Positions 1-9,319 of a stretch of 64,000 nt of DNA are shown here, one piece after another (the first letter of the stretch is position 1; every line of letters begins with the position of its first letter). The stretch spans positions 1-64,000 of the IMG/VR virus record IMGVR_UViG_2910441116_000002; one strand, written 5' to 3'. Both the position numbers and the translations under genes were made by a program. Origin of the DNA: a virus. Its lineage: Duplodnaviria > Caudoviricetes. The notes beneath the pieces are model-generated. The model saw nothing but the letters and a program-made list of their open reading frames with translations, ran no database searches and was not told the DNA's origin.

Positions 1-1593
1 TTAAAAGAAATAGGTCACCAAGTTTATTAGTGGACTGAAGAAATCATTTATTTTATCTTGTTTTTCACTATCCAATTGAAGGTAAAATGAAACCCCAGCA
101 ATAACAGTTGCAAATATTGAAATCACTACAGTAGTTACGGTGAGGGAGATTGAAATTTTTCTCAATGAATTATTGGTTTTTATCTCCAACAACTTAGAAG
201 TATCGTCAATTATTTTGGCAAAGTTTAGTGAGTGGTCATATGTTTTATCAACTAATTCACTCGTATTATCAACAATAAGTTCAGTTTCAGTCTCGCCATT
301 TGAAATCCTTGGTCTTGAAGGTTCAAATTCGGTCATTTCTAAAAGTCTTTCCTTTACTCTTTCAAAGTAATTTTCTCCAATTTCATTTTTAAATCTTTTG
401 AGGAGTTGAATATCCCGCTCCAAATCAAGCCTTATTTTTATTAATTTTTTATATTTAGGGTTCTCCTTTTTAATGGAAGAAAATGTATTGCTTTGTTGAA
501 TTGAAACTTTCTTTCCTGTTTCCAAAGCATACTCTCGCATTACCATTATAGGAAGCATTTTCTTAGTAAATTCTTCTAACATATGAACTATTTGAAAATC
601 TAATGAGTAATACATATGCATTCTACTAATAAAAGAATTACACGTTACCTTTAATGTACTATCAATACTACGATCCACCCTGTTACCTGAAAACAAATTC
701 CAGCACCCATCTTTGGATATATCATACAGGAAATCATCTAATCCAACCGAATGCCAAAATCTACTCATCTTTTCTTCTTCTGTAGGCTTATATATACAAG
801 AAGGCTGATCTAATTTGTAAACTTCGATTCCCGGAGGTATCAAATTATTTTTTGTAAAGTACAAATCAAAATACTTACTGATCTTATTCATTGTTCTCCA
901 TTTCAGTTCCAACATTTGATCTTCAAGCATTTGATTCTTTACAATCTCAGACGGAATTTCTTGACCTCCCCAAAACTTAAAAGGTTTCTTCAAAAAAGAG
1001 TTGAATGTCCTTCTATCATCTATATCCCTCTCAATTAATGTCTTATGTTCGTGTAAAAATTTATCTGAAGGAGATATAACAAATTGTAATATTATTGAAG
1101 ATGAAGACAAGTGTGTTCCATGAATATGTACGCTTTTCACAAAATCAGACAGTGTGTCTTCTTCTCCAAATTCAATATAACCAAAATCACTCCATCGTCC
1201 ACCGTGAATACTTTGTTTTACTGCATTACAAAATTCATTCAATCTACCAACCTGCCCATATTGGTGACTCATTGGATACTTCTTCATTAGTTTCTTAAGC
1301 CCTTTGTTCAATTCATCTACATTTTCAATAGGAATATATTCAGCTACATATAGTGAAAGCAAATCCAACTCAACACCAATTGGGTTAGTGCTTGCCCACT
1401 TCCTCGTTCCCCACCCGTCAACAATACTTCTTGCCCAACCTAACGCCTTAGGGATATATTTGGATTTTGTATTCCCATTTTCATCAATTTCAATTTTTTC
1501 AATATAGGGCAAAATAAAGTTAGTGAATTTTATATCAAACTTTTCTTTAATACTTAATCTTTTACGAGTATGTGGGTTTTTTATATCAAGCAT
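1..1593 (-). CDS. Hypothetical 530-aa protein with C-terminal transmembrane segment (cargo, possible anti-phage effector)
   Basis: Long AT-rich ORF with own promoter; hydrophobic ISISLTVTTVVISIFATVIAGVSFYL near C-terminus after a helical region. Confidence 0.6.
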   Translation of the reverse strand: MLDIKNPHTRKRLSIKEKFDIKFTNFILPYIEKIEIDENGNTKSKYIPKALGWARSIVDGWGTRKWASTNPIGVELDLLSLYVAEYIPIENVDELNKGLKKLMKKYPMSHQYGQVGRLNEFCNAVKQSIHGGRWSDFGYIEFGEEDTLSDFVKSVHIHGTHLSSSSIILQFVISPSDKFLHEHKTLIERDIDDRRTFNSFLKKPFKFWGGQEIPSEIVKNQMLEDQMLELKWRTMNKISKYFDLYFTKNNLIPPGIEVYKLDQPSCIYKPTEEEKMSRFWHSVGLDDFLYDISKDGCWNLFSGNRVDRSIDSTLKVTCNSFISRMHMYYSLDFQIVHMLEEFTKKMLPIMVMREYALETGKKVSIQQSNTFSSIKKENPKYKKLIKIRLDLERDIQLLKRFKNEIGENYFERVKERLLEMTEFEPSRPRISNGETETELIVDNTSELVDKTYDHSLNFAKIIDDTSKLLEIKTNNSLRKISISLTVTTVVISIFATVIAGVSFYLQLDSEKQDKINDFFSPLINLVTYFF

Positions 1594-1623
1594 TCTATTC
1601 CCCCAAATTCTTCCTTTGTTGAA

Positions 1624-1652
1624 ATTGTATCTTATTACCTAGGTTCTTGCCA
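1624..1652 (-). promoter_or_regulatory. SigmaA-like promoter for the 530-aa gene
   Basis: TGGCAA-N17-TACAAT on minus strand. Confidence 0.45.
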
Positions 1653-1653
1653 C

Positions 1654-1685
1654 AAAAAAAAAAATGACTCCAAATAAATGGAGTC
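1654..1685 (-). terminator. Rho-independent terminator
   Basis: GACTCCA/TGGAGTC stem followed by long T run on minus strand, just after the 67-aa ORF. Confidence 0.7.
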
Positions 1686-1691
1686 TTGGTA

Positions 1692-1895
1692 TTAATTTAA
1701 AAACATTTTCAAATGTTTATCGAATACAAGGGTGTCTTCTACAACCTTATATTGTGACGTGAACCATTGCCCATTCACGTGAAAAACTTTGAGAATCACC
1801 TTTTTATCTGTGGCTTTCATCACAATAAAATCCCGTACTTCTTCGTGTTTCATTATATCTTGTTGCAATGCTTGTTTTACCTTTGATTTCTTCAT
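1692..1895 (-). CDS. Hypothetical protein (67 aa)
   Basis: RBS AGGAGTGGAG before ATG; followed by terminator. Confidence 0.65.
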   Translation of the reverse strand: MKKSKVKQALQQDIMKHEEVRDFIVMKATDKKVILKVFHVNGQWFTSQYKVVEDTLVFDKHLKMFLN

Positions 1896-1951
1896 GCTTC
1901 ACTCCACTCCTTTTTAAAATAAAGAGAGCCACATTGTGACTCCCCTGTTAT

Positions 1952-4591
1952 TTACCTTCCTCCCCATCGGTTTGTTCGTTTTTGCTTGGCAAGCAATTTC
2001 CTAGCAATGCGGTCAATATCTGCTTCCTCACGTACAACAAACGCTCCTTCTGCAAAGTGAAAGTTCTGCTCAACCTTGCCTTCACCCTGTTCCTTCATAG
2101 ACTCCATGTTGTCAGCAACCGCACTTGCAAATGGTTTCATATAACGCTTGTGTTGGATTGGAAGGACGGCTTCCGCTCCAGCTTCACCAACACCTTGACC
2201 ACCACCAAGAACAGACGCACCGTTGAAAATGGCTCCCTTTGCGTTCCAATTCACATTGAAGTCAGGGTAAGGAATTCCCATGATTCCCTTCTTCTTAGTT
2301 ACGCTAATACTCGGTAATTTTGGCTTAGGAATCTTGATCTTCATGAGATTAAAGGCATTTTTGATCTTGTCGATAATCCCCAACACTGTCTTTTTAGCAG
2401 ATTCAATTGGTGAGGTGATTGCTTTCTTAATACCGTTCCACACGGTTGAAGCCGTGGATTTGATACCATTGAAGATAGTCCTAATAGTTGATTTCATTGT
2501 GTTAAACGTTGTCTTGATACCATTCCACAAGGAACTTGCAACTTTTGTGACCGTGCTTTTTATTCCATTCCAAACACTTGAAGCGGTTGACTTAATGCCA
2601 TTGAAGATATTGGATACACCGGACTTCATGGAGTTGAAAATTCCTTTTGTTGTATTCCACAAGGCTTTAATGGAATTAATGACACCATTTTTCAGTTTAG
2701 AGACAATGACTTTAATCAATGCCCACATATTATCCATGAGAGAAACAACTTTGTCTTTCCCGTAACTGAAAGCAAGCCTGATTGAATCCCATTTTCCTTT
2801 AATAAGTTTTACAATTGTTTTGACAAAGTTGACTACAAGTTTTCGGATTGCTCCCACAAAACTCAAGTTCATGAGGTTCCAAACAAACTTGATTGCTCCT
2901 CCAAACAATTGTTTAATACCTTCCCACATTTTTGAAAAGTCACCTGTGAAAAGACCTGCAAATGTTTTTATGAGTCCCATGATTATATTGAGTGCCCCGT
3001 CAATTACGCCTTTGATTGAATTCCAAATATATTTAACAATAGCCAATGTTGCCTTCAAAGCAATGTTCACAATTGGAGAGATAGCGTTCCAAACATTCTT
3101 TATTGCTTGGAGGATACTTTCACCGTTCTCCTTCCAAAATTGCTTTATTTGAGCAAGTTTTTCACGTAAGAACGTGACAATTGTGTTTATTGCTTGAACA
3201 ATCAATTCTTTCGCTTGTGTGAATGTTCTGTTTACAATCTCCCTGAATGGTTCAATCTTTGCATAAGCAATTGCTAAACCTGCGACAAGTAAAGCGATAC
3301 CTGCAACAATTGCTAATACAGGAGCACTCACCATTCCAAACACTGTAACCAATGCTCCTACACCTTGAGCAATAAAACCAATGAACATTAATAATGGAGG
3401 TAACATTGCGGTTAGTCCTGCAAGAATAGTTATTGCAGTCTTTGTTGAGGGGGATAATGCGTTGAATTTGTTTGTGAGGGAAGTGATTCCGTCTGTAATC
3501 TTGCGTATGGCAGGAGTCAATACGTCTGAAATAGATATTGCAGACTCGCTCAATGCGCTTCCTAATTTCTTGAAGGCTCCATGAGCATTGTCGCTCATGA
3601 CTTTTGCCATTTCACTGGTTTGACCTTTTGATTTCTTTAACTCTCCCGTGTAATTACTCATTTTCTCTGAACCCTGATCAAGTAGTACCTGCCATCCCGA
3701 CATAGCTTCTTGACCAAACATTGTTGCAAGAGTCTGTGCCTTTTGCTTATCGGTCATGCCTTTGGTTCCCTGTTCAATACTCTTGAGAACTTCAGGCATT
3801 GATTTCATATTGCCTTGTGCGTCAAAAACACTGATACTTAACTTATCCATAAGTGACCTTGCTTCTTTACTTGGATTTGCTAACTTGGTTAGTCCACCAC
3901 GTAAGGCAGTTCCAGCTTGTGAGCCTTGAATACCAGCGTCAGACATTTTACCAATAGCTGAAGCCGTTTCCTCAATGCTCCAACCCATACCTGAAGCAAC
4001 GGGAGCAACATACTTCATTGCGTCCCCTAACTGGCTCATGTCTGTGTTTGCCGTAGCCGTTGTTTTAGCAAGCACGTCTGCCATTTTTCCTGCCTTGTTT
4101 GCTTCAATGCCAAATCCACTCATAATATTTGAAGCAATATCTGCCGTTGTAGCTAGGTCAGTGTTACTTGCAGTTGCAAGGTTCAATACACTAGGAAGAC
4201 CACTCATGATCTCCTGTGTGCTCCAACCTGCTCTCCCCAACATCTCCATACCTGTACTTGCCTCCTTTGCAGAAAACATTGTGGTTGATCCTAAATCCCT
4301 TGCAAGAGACCTCATGGAATCGAACTCTTTTCCAGTTGCTCCCGTGACCGCTGCCACATTAGACATTTGTTTGTCAAATGTCGCTCCTATGGTTACGGCA
4401 GTAACACCAATCCCCATAAGTGGAGCAGTAATTGAAGCAGTCATGGCTTTTCCTGCACTAGACATTGACTTTCCCATTTTGCCAAAGGTTTTTCCGGCAC
4501 CTTGTATGTCCTTGTCAACTTTTTTCATTCCACGGGTAAAGTCTGATATATCAGCGCCAACAGACACCATTAATTCCGATAAACTCGCCAT
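1952..4591 (-). CDS. Phage tail tape measure protein, TP901 family (879 aa from the RBS-supported ATG)
   Basis: FDKQMSNVAAVTGAT..A..LG.TT.FSA.EA core, GIQGSQAGTALR, FGQEA, hydrophobic middle, 11-residue W/F periodic repeats, C-terminal GEAGAEAVLP and VVREEADID motifs; RBS GGAAGGTG before ATG at 4591. Confidence 0.93.
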   Translation of the reverse strand: MASLSELMVSVGADISDFTRGMKKVDKDIQGAGKTFGKMGKSMSSAGKAMTASITAPLMGIGVTAVTIGATFDKQMSNVAAVTGATGKEFDSMRSLARDLGSTTMFSAKEASTGMEMLGRAGWSTQEIMSGLPSVLNLATASNTDLATTADIASNIMSGFGIEANKAGKMADVLAKTTATANTDMSQLGDAMKYVAPVASGMGWSIEETASAIGKMSDAGIQGSQAGTALRGGLTKLANPSKEARSLMDKLSISVFDAQGNMKSMPEVLKSIEQGTKGMTDKQKAQTLATMFGQEAMSGWQVLLDQGSEKMSNYTGELKKSKGQTSEMAKVMSDNAHGAFKKLGSALSESAISISDVLTPAIRKITDGITSLTNKFNALSPSTKTAITILAGLTAMLPPLLMFIGFIAQGVGALVTVFGMVSAPVLAIVAGIALLVAGLAIAYAKIEPFREIVNRTFTQAKELIVQAINTIVTFLREKLAQIKQFWKENGESILQAIKNVWNAISPIVNIALKATLAIVKYIWNSIKGVIDGALNIIMGLIKTFAGLFTGDFSKMWEGIKQLFGGAIKFVWNLMNLSFVGAIRKLVVNFVKTIVKLIKGKWDSIRLAFSYGKDKVVSLMDNMWALIKVIVSKLKNGVINSIKALWNTTKGIFNSMKSGVSNIFNGIKSTASSVWNGIKSTVTKVASSLWNGIKTTFNTMKSTIRTIFNGIKSTASTVWNGIKKAITSPIESAKKTVLGIIDKIKNAFNLMKIKIPKPKLPSISVTKKKGIMGIPYPDFNVNWNAKGAIFNGASVLGGGQGVGEAGAEAVLPIQHKRYMKPFASAVADNMESMKEQGEGKVEQNFHFAEGAFVVREEADIDRIARKLLAKQKRTNRWGGR

Positions 4592-4633
4592 TGTTTCCAC
4601 CTTCCTTTTTATTTAATACAAAAAAAAGAGTCC

Positions 4634-5119
4634 TCATAATTGAAGGACTCGTTCATAATTATCTCGACAGTATCTTAAAAACTTTTCTGTAGTTCCTTGC
4701 TTACACTTGATATATTGAGGAATCATGGAAACAAAATAACCCATTTCGTAATATTGAAATGCTCTTGAGCACACATACCGAAACAAATAGTCATCTGAAC
4801 GTATCCACTTGTTTGTTATATCTTCCTCAATTTTTTCAGCTTCCTTGAACTCTTTCTTCAGGTCTTCTGCAAGTTCTCCAACCGTCACTCCTTCTAACTC
4901 CTCATACGTCCTATACAAAATGGCTCTTTGATTCATATTGTCATTAAGATCGAATGAGTAAAGGTCATTGTTATCACGATCAATAAATTGAATGTCAATC
5001 GTGTAACTATTTTTGGGGTTATTTACGGACTTAAACAATTCAATCTCCAAGGTATGAAACGTGCAATCCAAAACAAGAAGATTTTTATTTTTAATGAGAA
5101 TCACTCTCCATGACTTCAA
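4634..5119 (-). CDS. Hypothetical protein (~155-161 aa); start uncertain
   Basis: ORF co-oriented and overlapping upstream gene; best SD (GGAGAGTG) precedes an ATT codon. Confidence 0.6.
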   Translation of the reverse strand: MKSWRVILIKNKNLLVLDCTFHTLEIELFKSVNNPKNSYTIDIQFIDRDNNDLYSFDLNDNMNQRAILYRTYEELEGVTVGELAEDLKKEFKEAEKIEEDITNKWIRSDDYLFRYVCSRAFQYYEMGYFVSMIPQYIKCKQGTTEKFLRYCRDNYERVLQL

Positions 5120-5381
5120 TCCTTACTTGTGCACTCCAAGGGTTCTTGTTACGGAATTTGAATGAGAAACACTTCTTTATTTGAACGGGTTCCCTGAACA
5201 CAAGCGTTTGCCTTGAAGCGTTCATATTACTGAAATATTGCTTGTCAATGAATAAGGTGTGACTCTGAGTCGTACAAGATTCATCCACAATTCTCATAGA
5301 TTCAGCCTTACATGGTGAATCAAGTTCAAACACGTGAATATCGTCCGAAAATGGTTCAACCGTGGTCATGAAATGTCTCAT
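5091..5381 (-). CDS. Hypothetical protein (96 aa)
   Basis: RBS AAGGAG before ATG. Confidence 0.6.
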   Translation of the reverse strand: MRHFMTTVEPFSDDIHVFELDSPCKAESMRIVDESCTTQSHTLFIDKQYFSNMNASRQTLVFREPVQIKKCFSFKFRNKNPWSAQVRIEVMESDSH

Positions 5382-5504
5382 TGGTAACTCCTTTGCATGA
5401 TTTTATCCAATAAAAAAGAGTCAACCGCTTCATTTCGGGATTGACTCGACACGATCAGTAACAACAGGCAAATTACTGGTAACATTTGAGATTCACTCCT
5501 TTAT

Positions 5505-5999
5505 TTATTCTAATGAATCAATGTCCATATCAATAATCTCTTTACGTTTTGCTTCAACGTCATAAGTTTCTTCTTGCTTAACAGTAAGTTCATGTTGTTC
5601 CTTGAACATACCCCTTGATTTTAAGATCATCTCAGCGACCTTGACTTTGTTACCCTCCGAATGAGAGGTTTTCAAAATAGAACGTAACTCCCTCACGGTA
5701 TCCTGAAACAATTCAGCAAACAATTGTTCGTTAATGTGTTCAATAAATCGTTTTGCTTCAGGTTTCTTGGTTATCTTGTAAAGTCGACTCCTCTGAAGAC
5801 CAAACTGTTCAGCGATTTCTTGGTTAGTCATCCCTGTCATGTCTTTCACAGTGTGAAGTAAACAAATCATGCGGTCTCTATGGGAGAGGTCAAATTGGGG
5901 AGAAGTGAGGTCTATATTTTCATATTGCTCAAGTTGTTCGTGGATTTCATAGAGTTCGGGTAACGTATCATCATGTTTAAATGGCTTCGTATATTGCAC
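5505..5999 (-). CDS. HTH protein, putative small terminase subunit (phBC6A51-like HTH family)
   Basis: HTH TNQEIAEQFGLQRSRLYKI; C-terminal EGNKVKVAEMILKSRGMFKEQHEL aligns by eye with EGNAAMYRTFMQSLGLLTEKHEV of the prophage protein at 40268-40645. Confidence 0.65.
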   Translation of the reverse strand: MQYTKPFKHDDTLPELYEIHEQLEQYENIDLTSPQFDLSHRDRMICLLHTVKDMTGMTNQEIAEQFGLQRSRLYKITKKPEAKRFIEHINEQLFAELFQDTVRELRSILKTSHSEGNKVKVAEMILKSRGMFKEQHELTVKQEETYDVEAKRKEIIDMDIDSLE

Positions 6000-6004
6000 T
6001 ATTC

Positions 6005-6262
6005 TTACCCTCCCACGTTGTCAGGATTACCGTGGTCATCATCCTTGCCTTCTTCTTCTGCAATCTTCCGCTTTAGGAACCCGATTCTCATTTGAAGCAT
6101 GGCACTCAAAGGCTCCCCGTCTTCTTCCATTTTAAGAAGTTGTTTGTCTTCATCATCCAGTACAGTTTTTTCTTCCTCATATTCATATTGAACAGGCTTA
6201 CCTTCGTTTTGTTTTACGTCCTCTCCATAACCTTCCGAGAGTAACTCATAAATTGATTTCAT
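6005..6262 (-). CDS. Small acidic hypothetical protein (85 aa)
   Basis: RBS GGAG; tightly packed operon with neighbours. Confidence 0.65.
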   Translation of the reverse strand: MKSIYELLSEGYGEDVKQNEGKPVQYEYEEEKTVLDDEDKQLLKMEEDGEPLSAMLQMRIGFLKRKIAEEEGKDDDHGNPDNVGG

Positions 6263-6265
6263 TGT

Positions 6266-6967
6266 TTATTTCTCCTTTCTTTTGATCTCACGGTAACGTT
6301 TTTGAGCCGTTTTTTGATCGGCTTCAATTTCACCAAATTCTTTATAAAGTAGAAAACCAAAATCTTGTTGACGTGAGAACAGTTCCATATAGTCATCCCC
6401 ACTCACAAAATAACCGGGTAAATCTTTACGTCCATATCCCGTATCAAGGAGATAGCGTCCACTCTTTTCTTTGTATTCACTGGCACCCACTGATTTGGCA
6501 TTGCCGTGTTGTAGAATGAATTCGTTGAAATCCTCCAATTGTCGGTCAACATGGCTCCGTGCTTGATAGATTTTTTGCTCAAGTTCCACAAGATAATCAA
6601 ATTTCATTTTCAAAATATCCCTCTCCTTTTTCTCCATGTATTCACGTGATTTATTCATCTGCTCACGTCTTAGTTGAACCGCTTCTTGAAGGGACTCCTG
6701 AATAAACTGTGCCTTCTCACTTTCCAGTTCATCAATCACCTCTTGCAATGATTTCACGTCACTCCACAAAGATGATTCCTCTTGGTTTATATTGCTTATT
6801 TCAGTCCTGTTTTTAGCGAAGTCTTTTCTAGTTAGATCATAGCGTTCTCGTCTTTTCTCTTGAGCCTTAGACTTTGTCATGTTTTTCTGATTGCTTAGAT
6901 CAAAAATTGTATTTTCCAAATGCTCTATTTTCTCAACTATTTCAGTCATTCTTGATTTTTGTTTCAT
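6266..6967 (-). CDS. Coiled-coil hypothetical protein (233 aa)
   Basis: RBS AAGGAG; E/K/R/Q-rich heptad pattern. Confidence 0.7.
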   Translation of the reverse strand: MKQKSRMTEIVEKIEHLENTIFDLSNQKNMTKSKAQEKRRERYDLTRKDFAKNRTEISNINQEESSLWSDVKSLQEVIDELESEKAQFIQESLQEAVQLRREQMNKSREYMEKKERDILKMKFDYLVELEQKIYQARSHVDRQLEDFNEFILQHGNAKSVGASEYKEKSGRYLLDTGYGRKDLPGYFVSGDDYMELFSRQQDFGFLLYKEFGEIEADQKTAQKRYREIKRKEK

Positions 6968-7072
6968 TTTGAATCTCCTTTTCCATAAATTCTTTTGTCA
7001 GTAATGCAACTTGACGTTTTTCTTCAGAATCGCGAGCTTGCCAATATAATTTCATTAGTGTATAAAGCATTT

Positions 7073-7318
7073 TCACAATATCCCTCTCCTTTTTGCGATC
7101 TCCAGAATGTCCTCAAGGTCTAAATATAGTCGTTCCAATGTTTCCTTCACTGTTTCATCCAGTCTTTTACTTACTGCATATTGGTGTTTACTATTCACTT
7201 CTTCAGTACGAGACACGTGAGCCACTGAAATGCCAAGTAGTTCTGCAAAGTCAGGTTGCGTAAACGATAATACAAGACGAATAGCCTTAAATTCTGCCTT
7301 GGTCAGCTTTCTTTCCAC
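7073..7318 (-). CDS. XRE-family HTH regulator
   Basis: FKAIRLVLSFTQPDFAELLGISVAHVSRTE; GTG start with AAGGAG. Confidence 0.8.
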   Translation of the reverse strand: MERKLTKAEFKAIRLVLSFTQPDFAELLGISVAHVSRTEEVNSKHQYAVSKRLDETVKETLERLYLDLEDILEIAKRRGIL

Positions 7319-7517
7319 TGTTTTTCCAACTCCTTTAAATGATGATGAATGTATGTGATTTCACCTACATTGTGGTCAAAATAAAGAAGCCCTCCATAAA
7401 GGAAGACCTCTTGCCTGTTTCTTCACTTTTGTATAAGGAGTGAAGTTCCTCTACACTTATAGGTTACTGCCTTATCTCTTTTACAACTGTCACAATATAA
7501 CCTACAAATTGTTATTC

Positions 7518-7829
7518 TTAATAAGAAAACCTATCAAGAATTCGTTTCACGGAATCAATTTCTTTGTTGGTATATGGCTTTTGGAGAACAACAAGTTCAC
7601 CATCTTTTTTCACATATACGTTACTTTCTTCAATGCCATATTCGTGCAAACTTTCACGTGTTTTCTCTGTCCACTGACTTTGAGGATATTCGTCCATAAC
7701 CTCACCAACAATGTCCTCATAAGTTCCATTGGAGACTCCGTATGAGTCAACTTCTTTTCTCCACTGTTCCATCCTCATTTCATATATTTCCATTTCGTGT
7801 TGATTGTTTGGTTTTTGGGGTTTGTTCAT
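7518..7829 (-). CDS. Hypothetical protein (103 aa)
   Basis: Abuts rep gene; RBS GGAGAAGTGG. Confidence 0.65.
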   Translation of the reverse strand: MNKPQKPNNQHEMEIYEMRMEQWRKEVDSYGVSNGTYEDIVGEVMDEYPQSQWTEKTRESLHEYGIEESNVYVKKDGELVVLQKPYTNKEIDSVKRILDRFSY

Positions 7830-8876
7830 TTAAACCACTTCTCCTTTTTTAACTTTTTTATAAAAATCTGCTTGTTCTCTGATCGTAGTATTCAAACGTT
7901 TGGCTTCTCCTTTTAACCAAGGCAAAATAGCCTCTGCTTCTTCTAAGGGAATATCAATATAATCTGCTAGTTGAAGACCATTTTTAATATCTGTGACCCT
8001 TGCCGTAATTCTATCCAGCGCTTTTTCGGTCTTCTCTGCATTTTCATTTTCTTCTTTTGAAGGTTCTTTCTGTTTATCGGAATGAGCCTTCTTTTTTTCT
8101 TGTTTTTGTTTGTATTCTTTCAAGGCAACGTCTTCGTAAAAAGCGCCACCGTTTTTGGGGTCTCTCAACAATGCTCTCTTTTCGGGTATTTTACTGCCTT
8201 TTGAGGACTCTTGAGGGGTATTGGGCTTGGGGAGTTTTTCTTGTGGTTCTGTGTGGCTCTCTGCAAGTCTCACACAATGTTGAGGGTGTTCATAATTCCA
8301 TTCTTGAATTCCAAAATATTGAGGGTTCAGATAATATTGATTATCCGCTTGTTTACCTCTTTCAACGTAACTTCCAGAATCCTTTTCCAAGGCTCCAAGT
8401 TCCTCAAGACGTTTCACAATCCTTTGTACAGTTCCATTCGTGGTTCCAGTCAATGTTCGAATTTTTGAGAAGGACAAGCGACAAGTTTTATTGTGCTTTT
8501 GGTGTCGGTAAATAAAGGAGAACATTGCAAACTCCTCCACATTCGCTTTTTCAAGAACCTCCCTTGGTAAAATGTCATAGTGTTGTGATTTATCAATGTG
8601 GAAAGTCAACTTGAAAACTCGCTTGGAAAATTCCTCAATGTCGATCAACCCTTTTTCTTGTAATGTCACCAAGGCATTATCAATATGCTTTCTATTCTTG
8701 TAAATGTCCTTCACAATGGGAACCAATTCACCAAGAACCTCAATTGAAGTCGTGTATTCCCCGTGATAATTCATGTGCTCCAGCAAATACACCAATACAT
8801 ATAATTCTGTTTCATTTAAGCGGTCAGGGTTTGAAGGTTCAACCCAATGTTGTTCAATTCGTACCGTTTTCCCCAT
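7830..8876 (-). CDS. Putative replication initiator with two winged-HTH domains
   Basis: ELYVLVYL..IDNALVTLQEKGLI and EFAMFSFI..SFSKIRTLTGTTNGTVQRIVKRLEELG..NQY resemble phage replisome-organiser wHTH; iteron region nearby. Confidence 0.65.
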   Translation of the reverse strand: MGKTVRIEQHWVEPSNPDRLNETELYVLVYLLEHMNYHGEYTTSIEVLGELVPIVKDIYKNRKHIDNALVTLQEKGLIDIEEFSKRVFKLTFHIDKSQHYDILPREVLEKANVEEFAMFSFIYRHQKHNKTCRLSFSKIRTLTGTTNGTVQRIVKRLEELGALEKDSGSYVERGKQADNQYYLNPQYFGIQEWNYEHPQHCVRLAESHTEPQEKLPKPNTPQESSKGSKIPEKRALLRDPKNGGAFYEDVALKEYKQKQEKKKAHSDKQKEPSKEENENAEKTEKALDRITARVTDIKNGLQLADYIDIPLEEAEAILPWLKGEAKRLNTTIREQADFYKKVKKGEVV

Positions 8877-8894
8877 TTCAATGAATTCTCCTTT

Positions 8895-9128
8895 TTAGAC
8901 TAGTTTTGAAAATGCTTTTTCATTTCTCTCCACAAACTTTTTAACGTCCGTCAACTCTTGAAACATGAGATTTAATTTTCTTTGTAGGTTATCCGTGAAA
9001 TCTCTTTCACCTTGCATAACCATGCTAATATAACTCATGGTGTATCCCGTTCTCCTTGCAACGTCCGTCTTTTTCAACTCAAATTCATTCATTAAAATTT
9101 GCAACTTCTCCACATTAAATTGAATCAT
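8895..9128 (-). CDS. XRE/Cro-like HTH regulator (77 aa)
   Basis: LKKTDVARRTGYTMSYISMVMQGER; RBS AAAAGGAG before ATG at 9128. Confidence 0.8.
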   Translation of the reverse strand: MIQFNVEKLQILMNEFELKKTDVARRTGYTMSYISMVMQGERDFTDNLQRKLNLMFQELTDVKKFVERNEKAFSKLV

Positions 9129-9319
9129 GTAAAAATCTCCTTTTGTGTTAGATTTAATTACACTATCTCCCCAAATAAAAAGAACACGGAAAATCCGTGC
9201 TCCAAACACATGGGGAAATGTGTACGTTTATTCCTTCTCATACTAATAGGTGGCTGGTTGAGTAGTTTAACAACCTTTCACAAAATGAGCGGTGCGGAAC
9301 CCTATAATAATCTTTATTC

